64,000 nt of DNA. Source: a virus (taxonomy: Duplodnaviria > Caudoviricetes). A program made the translations under genes and the position numbers. Every line of letters starts with the position of its first letter. Positions within the stretch are counted from its first letter, which is position 1. The notes under the pieces are model-generated. The model ran no database searches. It saw only the letters and a list, made by a program, of their open reading frames with translations, and was not told where the DNA came from. This document shows positions 53,880-63,937 of the stretch, piece after piece. The DNA lies in IMG/VR virus record IMGVR_UViG_3300048854_000060, positions 6,604-70,603 of that record. One strand, 5' to 3'.

Positions 53880-54241
53880 GCGACTACTACATTGTCAGTC
53901 TGAAGCACACGCACCGCAATGACCGCTACGTCACTCTGTGGAAGCCCAATGACCGCGGCTATTGCTTCCGAACGACAAACGCCGGGCGATATGCAGAGGA
54001 AACCGTGCGTGCATCTCTTCGTTATTACAACTCCGGTTCGTCGATTGCCGTTCCATGCGATGTGATTGATTCGCGCCAGGTGATGACGACAGCCGACGAT
54101 CAGTTTGACGGTCCGGACGGACCCGCTTTTCTGAATACGGCAGCGAATTGGAAATTGCTTCTGGCGAACGTCATCGAGGCACCGCTATATCAACCCGAGC
54201 CCCAATACAAGGGCGCGCCAAGATACAAGGAGGCCGCGTGA
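53876..54241 (+). CDS. Conserved phage hypothetical protein
   Basis: Y...SLKHT...YVTLW.P...GY...AGRY. Confidence 0.65.
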   Translation: MSDYYIVSLKHTHRNDRYVTLWKPNDRGYCFRTTNAGRYAEETVRASLRYYNSGSSIAVPCDVIDSRQVMTTADDQFDGPDGPAFLNTAANWKLLLANVIEAPLYQPEPQYKGAPRYKEAA

Positions 54242-55446
54242 CTGCGTCCACAGAACTGACGGTTGCCGAGCAGCCGCAACAACTGATCACCATCGAGCCG
54301 ACGAAGTACGTCGAGCTTGTTTTTGAACCTTTCGCGAAGCGCCTTGCTAATGCAAAGACGCTGGCTGAGGCCGCGGAGTTCGACGTGACGACGACCGCTG
54401 GCATGGCGGTAGCCGTGAAGCATCGCGCGACTTTCCGCGAAATCCGTGTCGCCAGCGAGAAGGCCCGGAAGGAACGCAAGGCACCCATTCTGGAAATCGG
54501 CAAGCTGCTCGACAGCCGGCAGAAGGAGATCGAAGCGGAGATCGAGCCGTTTGAATCCCGCTTCGACGCCGCGATCAAGGCCGAGGAAAAGCGCAAGGAC
54601 GACGAGAAGATTGCGAAGGCTCTGGCTGAGTCGGCGCGGATCACGGCGATCCGCCAGAGCATTGAAGGATTGCGCGCGTATGCAACGTCCGCGGTCGGTC
54701 GTTCATCAATGCAGATCGCGGCGATGGTCGAAACGATTGAAGAAGTCGAAATCTCGCTGGAAACGCACCAGGAGTTTGCAGGCGAAGCGGAGTTGGCGAA
54801 GATCGCCACTATCCAGAAGCTGGGTGAGATGCTTTCGGCGCAGGTTGCACATGAGGCGGAACAAGCCCGAATCGCCGCAGAACGGGATGCGCTCGATCGG
54901 CAGCGTGCAGAGTTGGCCGAGCAGGAGCGCCAAGCCGCAGCAGCCCGGGCCGAGCAGGAATCCAAGGATCGCGCGGAGCGTGAGCGGATCGAGGCCGAAC
55001 AGCGGGCAGCGCAGGAAGCAGCGGCAGCCGCAATGCGAGCCGAGCAGGAAGCGCATGAAGCGCGTATGCGGGCCCAGCAAGAGGAACTCGATCGCCAGCA
55101 AGCAGAGATCGCCGCCGAGCGCCAACGTCAGGCCGACGAAGCCGCCCGGGTTGAGCGTGAGAAGCAGGCAGCGATTGCAGCCGAGGCCGCACGCGTTGCC
55201 GCCGAAGAACAGCGCAAGCGGGAAGAGGCTGAGGCGGCGGCTCGTGCGGAAGCGGAGCGAATCCAGGCAGAGAAGGATGCGGCCGAGGCGGAACGGCTGC
55301 GGCGGGAGCGCGATGGCTTCATCGCAAGTGGCCCCAGCAACGTGGAAATTATATCGGTCATTGCCAATCATTGGGGAGTTGAAGGCGCAATTGCACTGCG
55401 CTGGATCAAGACTCGTGACTGGCACCCCGTAGAGATAGCAGCGTAG
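54238..55446 (+). CDS. Long Ala/Glu/Arg-rich coiled-coil protein
   Basis: Translation; precedes recombination genes. Confidence 0.75.
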   Translation: MTASTELTVAEQPQQLITIEPTKYVELVFEPFAKRLANAKTLAEAAEFDVTTTAGMAVAVKHRATFREIRVASEKARKERKAPILEIGKLLDSRQKEIEAEIEPFESRFDAAIKAEEKRKDDEKIAKALAESARITAIRQSIEGLRAYATSAVGRSSMQIAAMVETIEEVEISLETHQEFAGEAELAKIATIQKLGEMLSAQVAHEAEQARIAAERDALDRQRAELAEQERQAAAARAEQESKDRAERERIEAEQRAAQEAAAAAMRAEQEAHEARMRAQQEELDRQQAEIAAERQRQADEAARVEREKQAAIAAEAARVAAEEQRKREEAEAAARAEAERIQAEKDAAEAERLRRERDGFIASGPSNVEIISVIANHWGVEGAIALRWIKTRDWHPVEIAA

Positions 55447-55495
55447 AGAGCTACCACCCATTAAATCTGTCGGAATCGCGGCGAAGGAGCCGGAC

Positions 55496-56002
55496 ATGGA
55501 CAAGCAAACAAAGACTCACTGGAAACGCCTCGTCAACCCGGACTATATCGGCGCGTATGCGTTGAACCCGGACGAGGACTTGACCGTAACAATTGACTAC
55601 GTGCAGCGCGAACAAATCACTGGTACGGGCGGCAAGAAGGAGGAATGCACGGTCGCGCACCTGGTTGGGCACAAGCCCCTCATTCTGAACGCGACGAATT
55701 CAAAGTCGATCAACAAGCTGTATGGCCCGTACATCGAAGACTGGGCCGGCAAGCAGATCACGCTGTACGCCAGCATGACCAAGCTGGCTGGCGATATGGT
55801 CGAGTGCTTGCGGATTCGACCCAATGTGGCGAGGCCGACCAAGCCGAAGATCGCGCCTGATCGGCTAAAGAAAGCTATCGCCTCGATCATCGCCGGGCAA
55901 TTCACGACTGAGCGACTGAGGGCGCAATTCGATTTGACCGATGAGCAGGAAAAGGACGTTGCCTCAGCCATCAAGACCGCCGTGGAGGGCACCAATGCTT
56001 AA
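55496..56002 (+). CDS. Putative recombination/ssDNA-binding partner of exonuclease
   Basis: LILNATN.K.I..LYG..IEDW.GK.ITLY motif; synteny. Confidence 0.55.
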   Translation: MDKQTKTHWKRLVNPDYIGAYALNPDEDLTVTIDYVQREQITGTGGKKEECTVAHLVGHKPLILNATNSKSINKLYGPYIEDWAGKQITLYASMTKLAGDMVECLRIRPNVARPTKPKIAPDRLKKAIASIIAGQFTTERLRAQFDLTDEQEKDVASAIKTAVEGTNA

Positions 56003-56627
56003 GGTTCGCTGCTCATCGCTGAGCAAGATCATGACGGAGCCAAAGAACAAGGGCGAAGTCCTTTCAGTCGGCGCTAAGACCTATGTAGAAGAACTCGCCA
56101 AAGAGTTTGTGTATGGATTCCAGCGCGTTATTACGTCAAAGGAGATGGAGAAGGGCCAACTGGTTGAAAACCACTCCATCGAGTTGATCAACGACGTGTT
56201 TTTCACAAGCTACGTGAAGAACACCGAGCGGCGTGAGAACGAGTGGATTACAGGCGAATGCGACATCTACGTCCCCGGGAAAAAGATCATCGACGTCAAG
56301 TCGCCCTGGTCACTCGCTACGTTCCCTGCCACGGTCTTCGCAGGACAGGACAAGGATTATGAGTGGCAGGGCCGCGGCTACATGATGCTGTGGGACGTTG
56401 ACCAGTTCGAAATCAACTACTGCATGGTCAATACGCCGGACGAGCTGATCCGGTTTGAAGATCCGGGGATGCACTACGTCGACCAGATTGACCCGTCGCT
56501 TCGAATCACTCGCGTGCCATACGAGCGCGATCGCGACCTTGAGGAAAAGATCAAGGTCAAGGTCGAGGCAGCCCGCGACTACTTCAATAAGGTTATCGAG
56601 ACGATCGGCCTTGAACACGCGGCTTAA
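55995..56627 (+). CDS. YqaJ/lambda-exonuclease-like protein
   Basis: G...E, TGECD....IIDVKS, YEWQ..GYM. Confidence 0.85.
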   Translation: MLKVRCSSLSKIMTEPKNKGEVLSVGAKTYVEELAKEFVYGFQRVITSKEMEKGQLVENHSIELINDVFFTSYVKNTERRENEWITGECDIYVPGKKIIDVKSPWSLATFPATVFAGQDKDYEWQGRGYMMLWDVDQFEINYCMVNTPDELIRFEDPGMHYVDQIDPSLRITRVPYERDRDLEEKIKVKVEAARDYFNKVIETIGLEHAA

Positions 56628-56755
56628 CCCTCACGCGCCCACCCAGCATCAGATGAAGCCATACGGCGTGAATCTCTGAGTCAGTCTGGATGGACGCGCC
56701 CCGAGCATCACTTTGAAGACGCCCATTGGGCTGATCTTCGAAAGTGGAGTGTGTT

Positions 56756-56783
56756 GCCCTGGCTTCGGCCGGGGCTTTTTTAT
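56756..56783 (+). terminator. Intrinsic terminator
   Basis: GCCCTGGC-TTCG-GCCGGGGC then T6. Confidence 0.8.
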
Positions 56784-56800
56784 TCTTGGCGGAGATCTAA

Positions 56801-57256
56801 GTGAGCTTCGACTACATCCAGAAATATTACGGCGTGCCTGCAGAGCGCGGCCGTCAGGTGACCTGCTACGGCGAGCATGGCGTGATCGTCGGTGCCGATG
56901 GTCACTATCTCTGCGTCGTCATCGACGGCGACAAGAGCGAGGAAGAGCGCCGCTATCACCCGACCGACAAGGTCGTGTACGGCGAGATCGTGGACGTTCC
57001 TGCGTTGCGCGAATGGAAATGCCTGTTGCCGCGCGACCGATGGGATGACTGGGATCACCCGAGCGTATTCACGGTGACTGCCAGCACGCGCAGTAAAGCC
57101 CGCTACAAGGCTTTCCGGGATCTGTGCGACTGCTACGACCTCAAAGGCAAAGACCTGATTCGGATCCGGGTGAAGGCCGTTCCGCGCCCGCGCGCCGCGA
57201 ATCCAACGAATGCCGCCCCGAACGATTTCGACATCGACGGCGATCTGCCGTTTTGA
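56801..57256 (+). CDS. Two-domain hypothetical protein
   Basis: FDYI..YYGVPA..G..V motif. Confidence 0.7.
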   Translation: MSFDYIQKYYGVPAERGRQVTCYGEHGVIVGADGHYLCVVIDGDKSEEERRYHPTDKVVYGEIVDVPALREWKCLLPRDRWDDWDHPSVFTVTASTRSKARYKAFRDLCDCYDLKGKDLIRIRVKAVPRPRAANPTNAAPNDFDIDGDLPF

Positions 57257-57290
57257 CGCCACACGAATAAACCCTTCTATTGAGGCGAGC

Positions 57291-58028
57291 ATGAGAGTAA
57301 CAACCGACGTTCTGGCCGTACTGGCATCTGCAACTACCGATGGTCACGCGCTGACGCTGACTGGCACCCTCGACCGCAGTCTGTACGAGCGCACAAACAA
57401 AGTCCTCGAAGCTGCCGGCGGAAAATGGAATCGCAAAGCTAAAGCGCATCTATTCGACATGTTGGCCGAGGATGCAATCGACCAGATCGTACTGACGGGC
57501 GAGATTACGGTCCCGCAAGATTTTGGATTCTTTCCGACGCCAGCAGACATCGTTGAGCGTGTTCTCGATCTGGCGGACATCAAGCCGGGAATGCAGGTTC
57601 TTGAACCCAGCGCAGGGCATGGAGCGATCGCCATTGCTGCTGCGAAGCGCGGCGCGGAAGTCCATATGTGCGAGTTGTTGCCGGCGAACGTGCAAAAGCT
57701 GCAGGGGCTTGACCTTGGCGGCACGTTGCACCACGCAGATTTCCTTTCGATGTCGCCCAACCAGTCATTCGACGCTATCTGCATGAATCCGCCTTTCGCA
57801 AAGCAGGCAGACATCAAGCATGTGATGCACGCACATCAGTTTTTGAAACCTGCTGGCCGCCTGGTTTCGGTTATGGCTGCCGGTGTGTTGTTCAGGACCG
57901 ATCGCCTCAATACCCAGTTCAACGAATTCGTGCGCGAGAAAGGCGGCTTCTTCGAAGAATTGCCAGAGGGAGCATTCAAGTCGTCTGGAACCATGGTTAG
58001 GACGGTCATCGCCTCGATCCCTGCCTGA
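57291..58028 (+). CDS. Orphan N6-adenine-type methyltransferase
   Basis: VLEPSAG.G motif I and MNPPF motif IV. Confidence 0.88.
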   Translation: MRVTTDVLAVLASATTDGHALTLTGTLDRSLYERTNKVLEAAGGKWNRKAKAHLFDMLAEDAIDQIVLTGEITVPQDFGFFPTPADIVERVLDLADIKPGMQVLEPSAGHGAIAIAAAKRGAEVHMCELLPANVQKLQGLDLGGTLHHADFLSMSPNQSFDAICMNPPFAKQADIKHVMHAHQFLKPAGRLVSVMAAGVLFRTDRLNTQFNEFVREKGGFFEELPEGAFKSSGTMVRTVIASIPA

Positions 58029-58051
58029 CCCACCACGTTACCGGCATAGAC

Positions 58052-58306
58052 ATGAAACGGCCCTGCTCGGATTGCATTCACAGCACGCGCGGCGAATACC
58101 CGAAGTGCCGGCATCCGAGAAATCTGCGTGCCGACCTTTTCGGAGAGTACCCGGTGTTTGTGCATTGCTTTGCCCATCGCGAGTTTGGAGGCGAAGACGA
58201 AGAACGGATGCCATCGATCTGCGGGAAGTCCGGACGATGGTTTGACAACGGCGAGACCCATCCGCGCAGCGCGCGAAGCAACCGAACAAGGAGTGAGAGA
58301 CCATGA
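58052..58306 (+). CDS. Cys-rich hypothetical protein
   Basis: CxxC..C..C..CG. Confidence 0.5.
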   Translation: MKRPCSDCIHSTRGEYPKCRHPRNLRADLFGEYPVFVHCFAHREFGGEDEERMPSICGKSGRWFDNGETHPRSARSNRTRSERP

Positions 58307-59334
58307 GCAATGAAGACGCAGTGCCGCTGACCGATGAGCAAATCGCCGCGCTGAAAGCCGCCGCACTGGCCGCGACCCCGCAGGACATCGACAGCGCACA
58401 GGACATCGAGCGCTTCCCGGATGGATCGCGCTATTGCACATGCCCCGCGTGTGATGGCGAAGGCCACGTTGACCTTGAAGCCGACTATTGCAATTACGAC
58501 GGCCATGCGCTCGGCGTGCAGTTCTACGGCATCGGCGACGCTCACAAGTTCGCCGAGGATTATTTCCGCGCTGCGAAGCCTGCGACGGTGCTGGCTCTGA
58601 TCGAGCGCTTGGAACGTGCTGAAGCCACCCCGCAGGCAGACGCCGCGATAGCTGCTGGAGAGGCGCGGGAGGCGGACGGACGCGAATCGTTCGAGGCAGC
58701 GTGGAAGCAAGAATATCCACTACATGGGGAGTCCGCCTTCAAGCGCAGCGGATTCAATCCAGACGCTTATGTGAACACTCGCGTTCAAGACGGCTGGCTC
58801 ATGTGGCAAGCACGCGGGAAAACGGGCAGCAAAGCTTCGCCGCTCCCTCGCGTAGCCGAGACTGTGCCGCCTGAAGTGATGGCCGCGCTCGACCGCATGT
58901 GCACGCCGCTCGACAAATCAGTCTTGAAAGGCGCCACCGCCGACGCCGACGCGCACAGCATGCGGATCATTCGAGACTACGTTCTGCGGGCCACTCCCCA
59001 AGCTCGTACGAACGTGGCGCTGACCGATGATGAACGCGAGGACTTGCAGGAGGCGCGCGAAATCCTCGAGAACATGCTGAGCAGCATCGAGGCGGACGGC
59101 AATTACTCGACCGAGGCGACCTGCACCTTCCTCAGACAGGCGCTCAATTGCTTGCCTGCCGCATCCCCCGCCGCAGGTACCCAAGACGAGAAGCGTTGCG
59201 AGTACTGCGACGGCACTGGCGATGTTCACAGAATCGATGGCGAATGGCGCGGCACTTGCACCGCGTGTGACGCCGCAGATAGCCAAACTGCCGCTCGTGC
59301 TGCAGATGGCGGGGAGCAGGGGGTGGAATCGTGA
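58303..59334 (+). CDS. Ead/Ea22-like modular early protein
   Basis: LKAAALAATP, AAKPATVLALIERLE; CxxC.G.G modules. Confidence 0.7.
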   Translation: MSNEDAVPLTDEQIAALKAAALAATPQDIDSAQDIERFPDGSRYCTCPACDGEGHVDLEADYCNYDGHALGVQFYGIGDAHKFAEDYFRAAKPATVLALIERLERAEATPQADAAIAAGEAREADGRESFEAAWKQEYPLHGESAFKRSGFNPDAYVNTRVQDGWLMWQARGKTGSKASPLPRVAETVPPEVMAALDRMCTPLDKSVLKGATADADAHSMRIIRDYVLRATPQARTNVALTDDEREDLQEAREILENMLSSIEADGNYSTEATCTFLRQALNCLPAASPAAGTQDEKRCEYCDGTGDVHRIDGEWRGTCTACDAADSQTAARAADGGEQGVES

Positions 59335-59412
59335 GCGTTCTAGGCTGGATCGGTGTCGCGACGCTGGTCGTCGCATTCATTTTCGCGATCATTATCTATG
59401 TCGGAGTCTGTA

Positions 59413-59913
59413 ATGACCGCAACGCCTGACGCGCCCACAACCATCGAGCGATTTGCCGAGCTTTTGAGCTACTCCCGAGAAACGGGCGAGTTCCGTTGGA
59501 AGTTTGACCAGCATAGAAGGAAGAAAGGCGGCATAGCGGGCATCCCGAATAGCGACGGCTATCTTCAGATAACGATCGACGGAAAGAAGTACCGGGCTCA
59601 TAGACTTGCATGGCTGTTTATGAATGGAGAGTGGCCAGCCCATGATGTCGATCATATCGACGGAAACGTGGCGAATAACCGCATCGGAAATCTTCGGATA
59701 GCAACCCGCTCCGAGAACAATCAGAACCTGAAAAAAGCGAAATCAAACAACAAGCTCGGCATCCTCGGAGTGATCGCGCACCAAGGAAGGTTCATGGCAA
59801 AGATCAAAGCGAACGGGAAGGTTCGCTTCCTCGGGTATTTCGATGATCCGCTTGTCGCCCATGAAGCCTATTTGAAGGCCAAGCGCGAGCTTCACGACTT
59901 CAGCACGATTTAA
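59413..59913 (+). CDS. HNH homing endonuclease (HNH_3 + AP2-like)
   Basis: YRAHRLAW, DHIDGN..NNRI.NLR, LGYF. Confidence 0.9.
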   Translation: MTATPDAPTTIERFAELLSYSRETGEFRWKFDQHRRKKGGIAGIPNSDGYLQITIDGKKYRAHRLAWLFMNGEWPAHDVDHIDGNVANNRIGNLRIATRSENNQNLKKAKSNNKLGILGVIAHQGRFMAKIKANGKVRFLGYFDDPLVAHEAYLKAKRELHDFSTI

Positions 59914-60855
59914 ATGGGAGCGATGATGACCAAAACGCAAATTGACGCGCTGATCGTAAAGCTGCGCGAACTGGCAACACCTTTCGACGGAGGAATCACT
60001 GGAGCAACGATGGTTGAAGCCGCAAGCGCGCTCGAACTGCTATCTGCAAGCAAACCTGCCGCTATCGACGGGCAAGAGGCCGTGGTGCAATCGGGCGCTC
60101 GCTACATTGTCATCGGGTACGGTGAGTCGGACTACCCGCAGGCCGCTTTCGCGGATAAGCCTGAGCAACTTCTGGACGCAGTGATGGGCATGATCTACAC
60201 GAGCCCGGCCGACGCCGACGAAGACTACCGCGCCGCGATGCTTAAAGACATTCAAGACGACGATGAATGGCACGAAGGCATCTGGCGCACTGAGTTCGAA
60301 ATCGGCGGGATCGTAATTTACGACCTTGGATACGACACTGCCGCCCCCTCGGCGGAACCTACCGCACAGCAGACGCTATCAGATGGCGCGCAATACTTCG
60401 CCTGCTATCTGATCGACAACTGCGAGAACGAGGTTGTCCGTGAGGAATCGGTGCAGGCATGGCTTGGCAAGATGCTCGCGAGTCCGCGCTATCACCCTGC
60501 CGCGCCATCGGTCGCGCAGGACGAGCGCGGGGCGTTTGAGGAATATCGGCGTGGCGTGAAAGAAGCATTCCACATTGTCAACATGATCAACGCCAATCGG
60601 CAAGGACGGACGGCAGAAGAAACATGCTCGTCCATCGTCCGCACACTGGCTGAAATGGTGAATAGCGGCGAAGCACCTGCCGCCCCATCGGTGGCCGCGC
60701 AGGACGAGCGCGGGGCGTTGGCTCAAGACCTATTCGATGCACTGAGCGATTTAAAGAAAGTCGGAAAAGGCTTCGTCGGCTGGCATTCCAACTACGGAAT
60801 CGCAATTGAAAAGGCGAATGACGTACTGGCACGCGCAGAAAAGGTGATGCGATGA
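59914..60855 (+). CDS. Modular hypothetical early protein
   Basis: Modules joined by AAPS..AQDERGA linkers. Confidence 0.7.
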   Translation: MGAMMTKTQIDALIVKLRELATPFDGGITGATMVEAASALELLSASKPAAIDGQEAVVQSGARYIVIGYGESDYPQAAFADKPEQLLDAVMGMIYTSPADADEDYRAAMLKDIQDDDEWHEGIWRTEFEIGGIVIYDLGYDTAAPSAEPTAQQTLSDGAQYFACYLIDNCENEVVREESVQAWLGKMLASPRYHPAAPSVAQDERGAFEEYRRGVKEAFHIVNMINANRQGRTAEETCSSIVRTLAEMVNSGEAPAAPSVAAQDERGALAQDLFDALSDLKKVGKGFVGWHSNYGIAIEKANDVLARAEKVMR

Positions 60856-62198
60856 ATGCAGATATTGAAGCAATGCTCGCGCGGTTCGGAGCCGATGGTT
60901 GCCGAGAAGGAAGTAGATCAATCGGCCACAGCGGCATTGATACCGGCGACTGGGAAGACTACGTCGAAGTGCCCGTTACCGCTCTGGAGCGCATTCGCGA
61001 GGGACTGGACCGCGCCGCAACCCCTGCCGCCCCCTCGGCGGATGCGCAGGACGAGCGCGGGGCGTTTGCGCAAGCCGCCGTACGGATGCTTGAAGGTTAC
61101 GCCGAATCGTACGATGCGATGGCGCGAGACAGGGACGGCAACGGGCTTGTAGCGTGCACGTCTGTTGCGTTCGATATTCGCCGCAACATGGCCGGATGGT
61201 TTGAAGCCCACGCCCCGGCGGCACAGCTAGCACAGACAACGCTTACCGATGAACAACGCGTTGCGATTCGCGAATGCATCGACTATCTGACTCCGGCCGC
61301 CAAACAGTTTTCTGACCTTGGGATACCCGGCATGGGAGATTCAAAGCACGCGCGATGCATTCGGACGCTTCGCGCCCTTCTGACCGCCGACGCCCGCGCC
61401 GCATCGACTTCCACCGATGCAGCAGCGCCAGCGCAATCGGGGAAGCCGGTGGCGGGCGAACTGGAAGCGTTCGAAGCATGGTTCAAAACGTCTGGGTTCT
61501 GGAATAACGCTATTACTGAAAAGGCGTGGCGTGCAGCCTGTGCGTGGATGCGGGAAACGAACGCCTCAGCGTGTGACTCGATTGTCGAGCAAAGCAAAAA
61601 TTCTCTGTTTCGCAGCGGGGCGAAGATCTGCGCCAGTCACATTCGAGACGGGGCACCCGAGCAGTGTGATGTTCCGCCTGACGGTTGGGTATGCTCGCGT
61701 CCGAAGGGGCATACCGGCCCGTGCGCTGCCACGCAATCTGCCGTGGTGCTGGACGATGAGCGGGCGCATCCGTTCGCAGAGCTTTGCGCGATGCTGCCCG
61801 CCGATGTGAATTGGGGCGATTCGCTGACGCCGGACATCGCTCGACATATTGCCCGCGCCGCATCCCCGCAAGCCACGGCGACGCTGCCAGCGGCGTTCGT
61901 CAACGGATACGAACTGCGCAACATGCTTCCAGACGATGAAAGCGCTGGGGCAGACCGTACGCCAGGCATCCAGCGGACACAGAGCCAGTTTAGGGATACG
62001 CCGCTTTATGCCGCCGCACAGCCAGCACAGACGGAGCGGGCGCTGACGGATGAGCAGATCATGTTGCTTGCCGACGATGCCGGCATACCTGCCGACGAGA
62101 CATGTCCCGACACCGTGCTTTTGAAATTCGCTCGCGCCCTTCTGACCGCCGCGCAGCCAGCAAGCGGAGGTGATCAGCAACAGGCGCAGGAGGGGTGA
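60852..62198 (+). CDS. Modular hypothetical early protein
   Basis: AQDERGAF and LTDEQ linkers. Confidence 0.7.
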   Translation: MNADIEAMLARFGADGCREGSRSIGHSGIDTGDWEDYVEVPVTALERIREGLDRAATPAAPSADAQDERGAFAQAAVRMLEGYAESYDAMARDRDGNGLVACTSVAFDIRRNMAGWFEAHAPAAQLAQTTLTDEQRVAIRECIDYLTPAAKQFSDLGIPGMGDSKHARCIRTLRALLTADARAASTSTDAAAPAQSGKPVAGELEAFEAWFKTSGFWNNAITEKAWRAACAWMRETNASACDSIVEQSKNSLFRSGAKICASHIRDGAPEQCDVPPDGWVCSRPKGHTGPCAATQSAVVLDDERAHPFAELCAMLPADVNWGDSLTPDIARHIARAASPQATATLPAAFVNGYELRNMLPDDESAGADRTPGIQRTQSQFRDTPLYAAAQPAQTERALTDEQIMLLADDAGIPADETCPDTVLLKFARALLTAAQPASGGDQQQAQEG

Positions 62199-62200
62199 TG

Positions 62201-62407
62201 CTATCCGCGCGTTCCATCAATGAAGAGGCGCGCGGCATGGAAGCCAAGCTCAAACGCCTCGTTCATCGACTGTGCCTCGCCGACGCCGCCGACTCTACGC
62301 AACGCGTCGGCACGCGCCCCTACGCGAACGTGAAACGGCCAGCTATCGGATCGTATCTCGTAGGCCGTAATGACCTGGACCAACTGCCCTTGGTAGTCGT
62401 ACTCCAT
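62201..62407 (-). CDS. Small hypothetical protein, antisense to early operon
   Basis: MEYDYQGQ... ORF. Confidence 0.55.
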   Translation of the reverse strand: MEYDYQGQLVQVITAYEIRSDSWPFHVRVGARADALRRVGGVGEAQSMNEAFELGFHAARLFIDGTRG

Positions 62408-62531
62408 GACGTTACGAATGCCCGTTTCGATCTGGCGCATAGCAGCCTCCCATTGAGAGCAACGTAAATCCTAGCATGACCGCAGCAGCACAACGAATGA
62501 TTGAAACCACGCGCAAACACTGGGGTGTGAA

Positions 62532-62738
62532 ATGAGCATCGTCACCAATACTGAGCTGGTAGATCTGACCGGCGGACTCACGCAAGGCGCCGCACAAACG
62601 CGCTGGATAAAGAAGGCGCTCGGGATCGACGCGCCGCGGAAAGTCGACGGCCACCCGTTGCTGACATGGGAACAGGTCAACCGAGAACCTGGCGTCTCGT
62701 CGCGCCGTACTGCACCGAAGTGGAAAAACGCCGCATGA
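62532..62738 (+). CDS. xis: Excisionase-like protein (DUF4224-like)
   Basis: EL..LTG.....AQ.RW; ATGA overlap with integrase. Confidence 0.75.
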   Translation: MSIVTNTELVDLTGGLTQGAAQTRWIKKALGIDAPRKVDGHPLLTWEQVNREPGVSSRRTAPKWKNAA

Positions 62739-63757
62739 GAAAGCCCGCGCGCGATGGGCTCCTGCCACGCATGGAGCCGCGCAAAACCAAAAAAGGCTTC
62801 ACCTACCGCTATCACCCGGTCGGCGGGAAGCCAATCAACCTGGGCAGCGACCGTGTCGAAGCGATCCGCAAGGTGCTCGACATGACCGGCGCCGGCGACG
62901 ACCTCGGCACGATCGCGCGACTGTGGGAGCAGTTTCAGGAAACTCCCGGCTGGAAGCGATATTCGCAATACACGCGCGCTGACTATACGCAGTGCTCGCT
63001 CAAGCTACTGGAGATCTTCGGCGACATGCGGGCATCGGACATCGACGCGACCGACGTCGCGCGCTATCTGCGGAAGGAGCGCGCCGATGCACCGGTCCGC
63101 GCCAACCGCGAGGCCGCACTGCTATCCAACCTGATCGGCCTGGCGATCGAGCGCGGCGAGGCGAAGCACAACCCCTGCCGTGAGGTGAAGCGCAATGAAG
63201 AGCAGCCGCGCACTGAGGCGCCCGAGCCGGCCGATTTCGCTGCGTTTGCACAATGGCTTTCTGCGCAGGGCGGCCAGCGCGCAATGATCGGCATGGCGGC
63301 CGAGTATGCCGCAGGCGCAGGGAATCGGAAGGTTGAGTTTCTGGACCTCGCGTGGCCGCAAATCGACCGGGGAGCCGGCCACATCCGGATCAAGCGCGCA
63401 AAGCAGCGCGGCAAGAAACGAGGCGAAGTGATTGAGCAGATCGAGATCACACCGCATATCACTCACCTGCTCGATCGGCTCGACGCCGTTCGCAAGAACG
63501 ATTGCCTGTACGTATTTCCAAACCGATCAGGCAACGCATACACGCAAGCCGGGTTCAAGGCTATGTGGCAGAAATTAATGGTCGAGGCGCTGAAAAAGAA
63601 AGTCATTGCGCACCGGTTCACATTTCACGACCTCCGGGCCTATTACGTGACCCAACACAAGGCGGAACGCGGCGCACTTCCCGACCTGCACGCCAACCCG
63701 GCGACGACGGCGCGCGTCTATGACAGAAGCCGGATTGTGAAGCGAAAAGCGCTGTGA
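62735..63757 (+). CDS. int: Tyrosine integrase
   Basis: G.R..E, HDLRA, H...TT.RVY catalytic set. Confidence 0.93.
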   Translation: MRKPARDGLLPRMEPRKTKKGFTYRYHPVGGKPINLGSDRVEAIRKVLDMTGAGDDLGTIARLWEQFQETPGWKRYSQYTRADYTQCSLKLLEIFGDMRASDIDATDVARYLRKERADAPVRANREAALLSNLIGLAIERGEAKHNPCREVKRNEEQPRTEAPEPADFAAFAQWLSAQGGQRAMIGMAAEYAAGAGNRKVEFLDLAWPQIDRGAGHIRIKRAKQRGKKRGEVIEQIEITPHITHLLDRLDAVRKNDCLYVFPNRSGNAYTQAGFKAMWQKLMVEALKKKVIAHRFTFHDLRAYYVTQHKAERGALPDLHANPATTARVYDRSRIVKRKAL

Positions 63758-63861
63758 AACGTGGGAACGAAGTTGGAAAAACCCTTAAGAATCAGTGGTC
63801 AGTTTACAAATTGCGTTCCCATCCATCGCCCGCAAACCCTTATGATTACTGTATGGATATA

Positions 63862-63911
63862 CAGGATTGTGATTCCTGTTGTCGTGGGTTCGAGCCCCAT
63901 CAGCCACCCCA
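63862..63911 (+). repeat. att core: 3' part of tRNA-His(GTG)
   Basis: CAGGA-TTGTGAT-TCCTG anticodon arm, T-arm, acceptor 3' strand and CCA; no tRNA 5' half upstream. Confidence 0.9.
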
Positions 63912-63937
63912 AAGAATTCAAGCAGTAACTGTTTTGC

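Larger units (their letters stand above)
1..63911. mobile_element. Temperate prophage (contractile-tailed, lambdoid regulation) integrated at tRNA-His; left boundary outside window
   Basis: Complete head, tail, replication, immunity and integration modules; tyrosine integrase next to a tRNA 3'-half repeat. Confidence 0.97.

Noticed and set aside
60514-61067. CRISPR-like array from the 23-bp repeats
   Set aside because: Spacings are irregular (about 160 and 320 bp), repeats are in-frame coding, and there are no cas genes.
63862-63911. Functional tRNA-His gene
   Set aside because: 5' acceptor strand and D-arm are absent; it is the att duplication.
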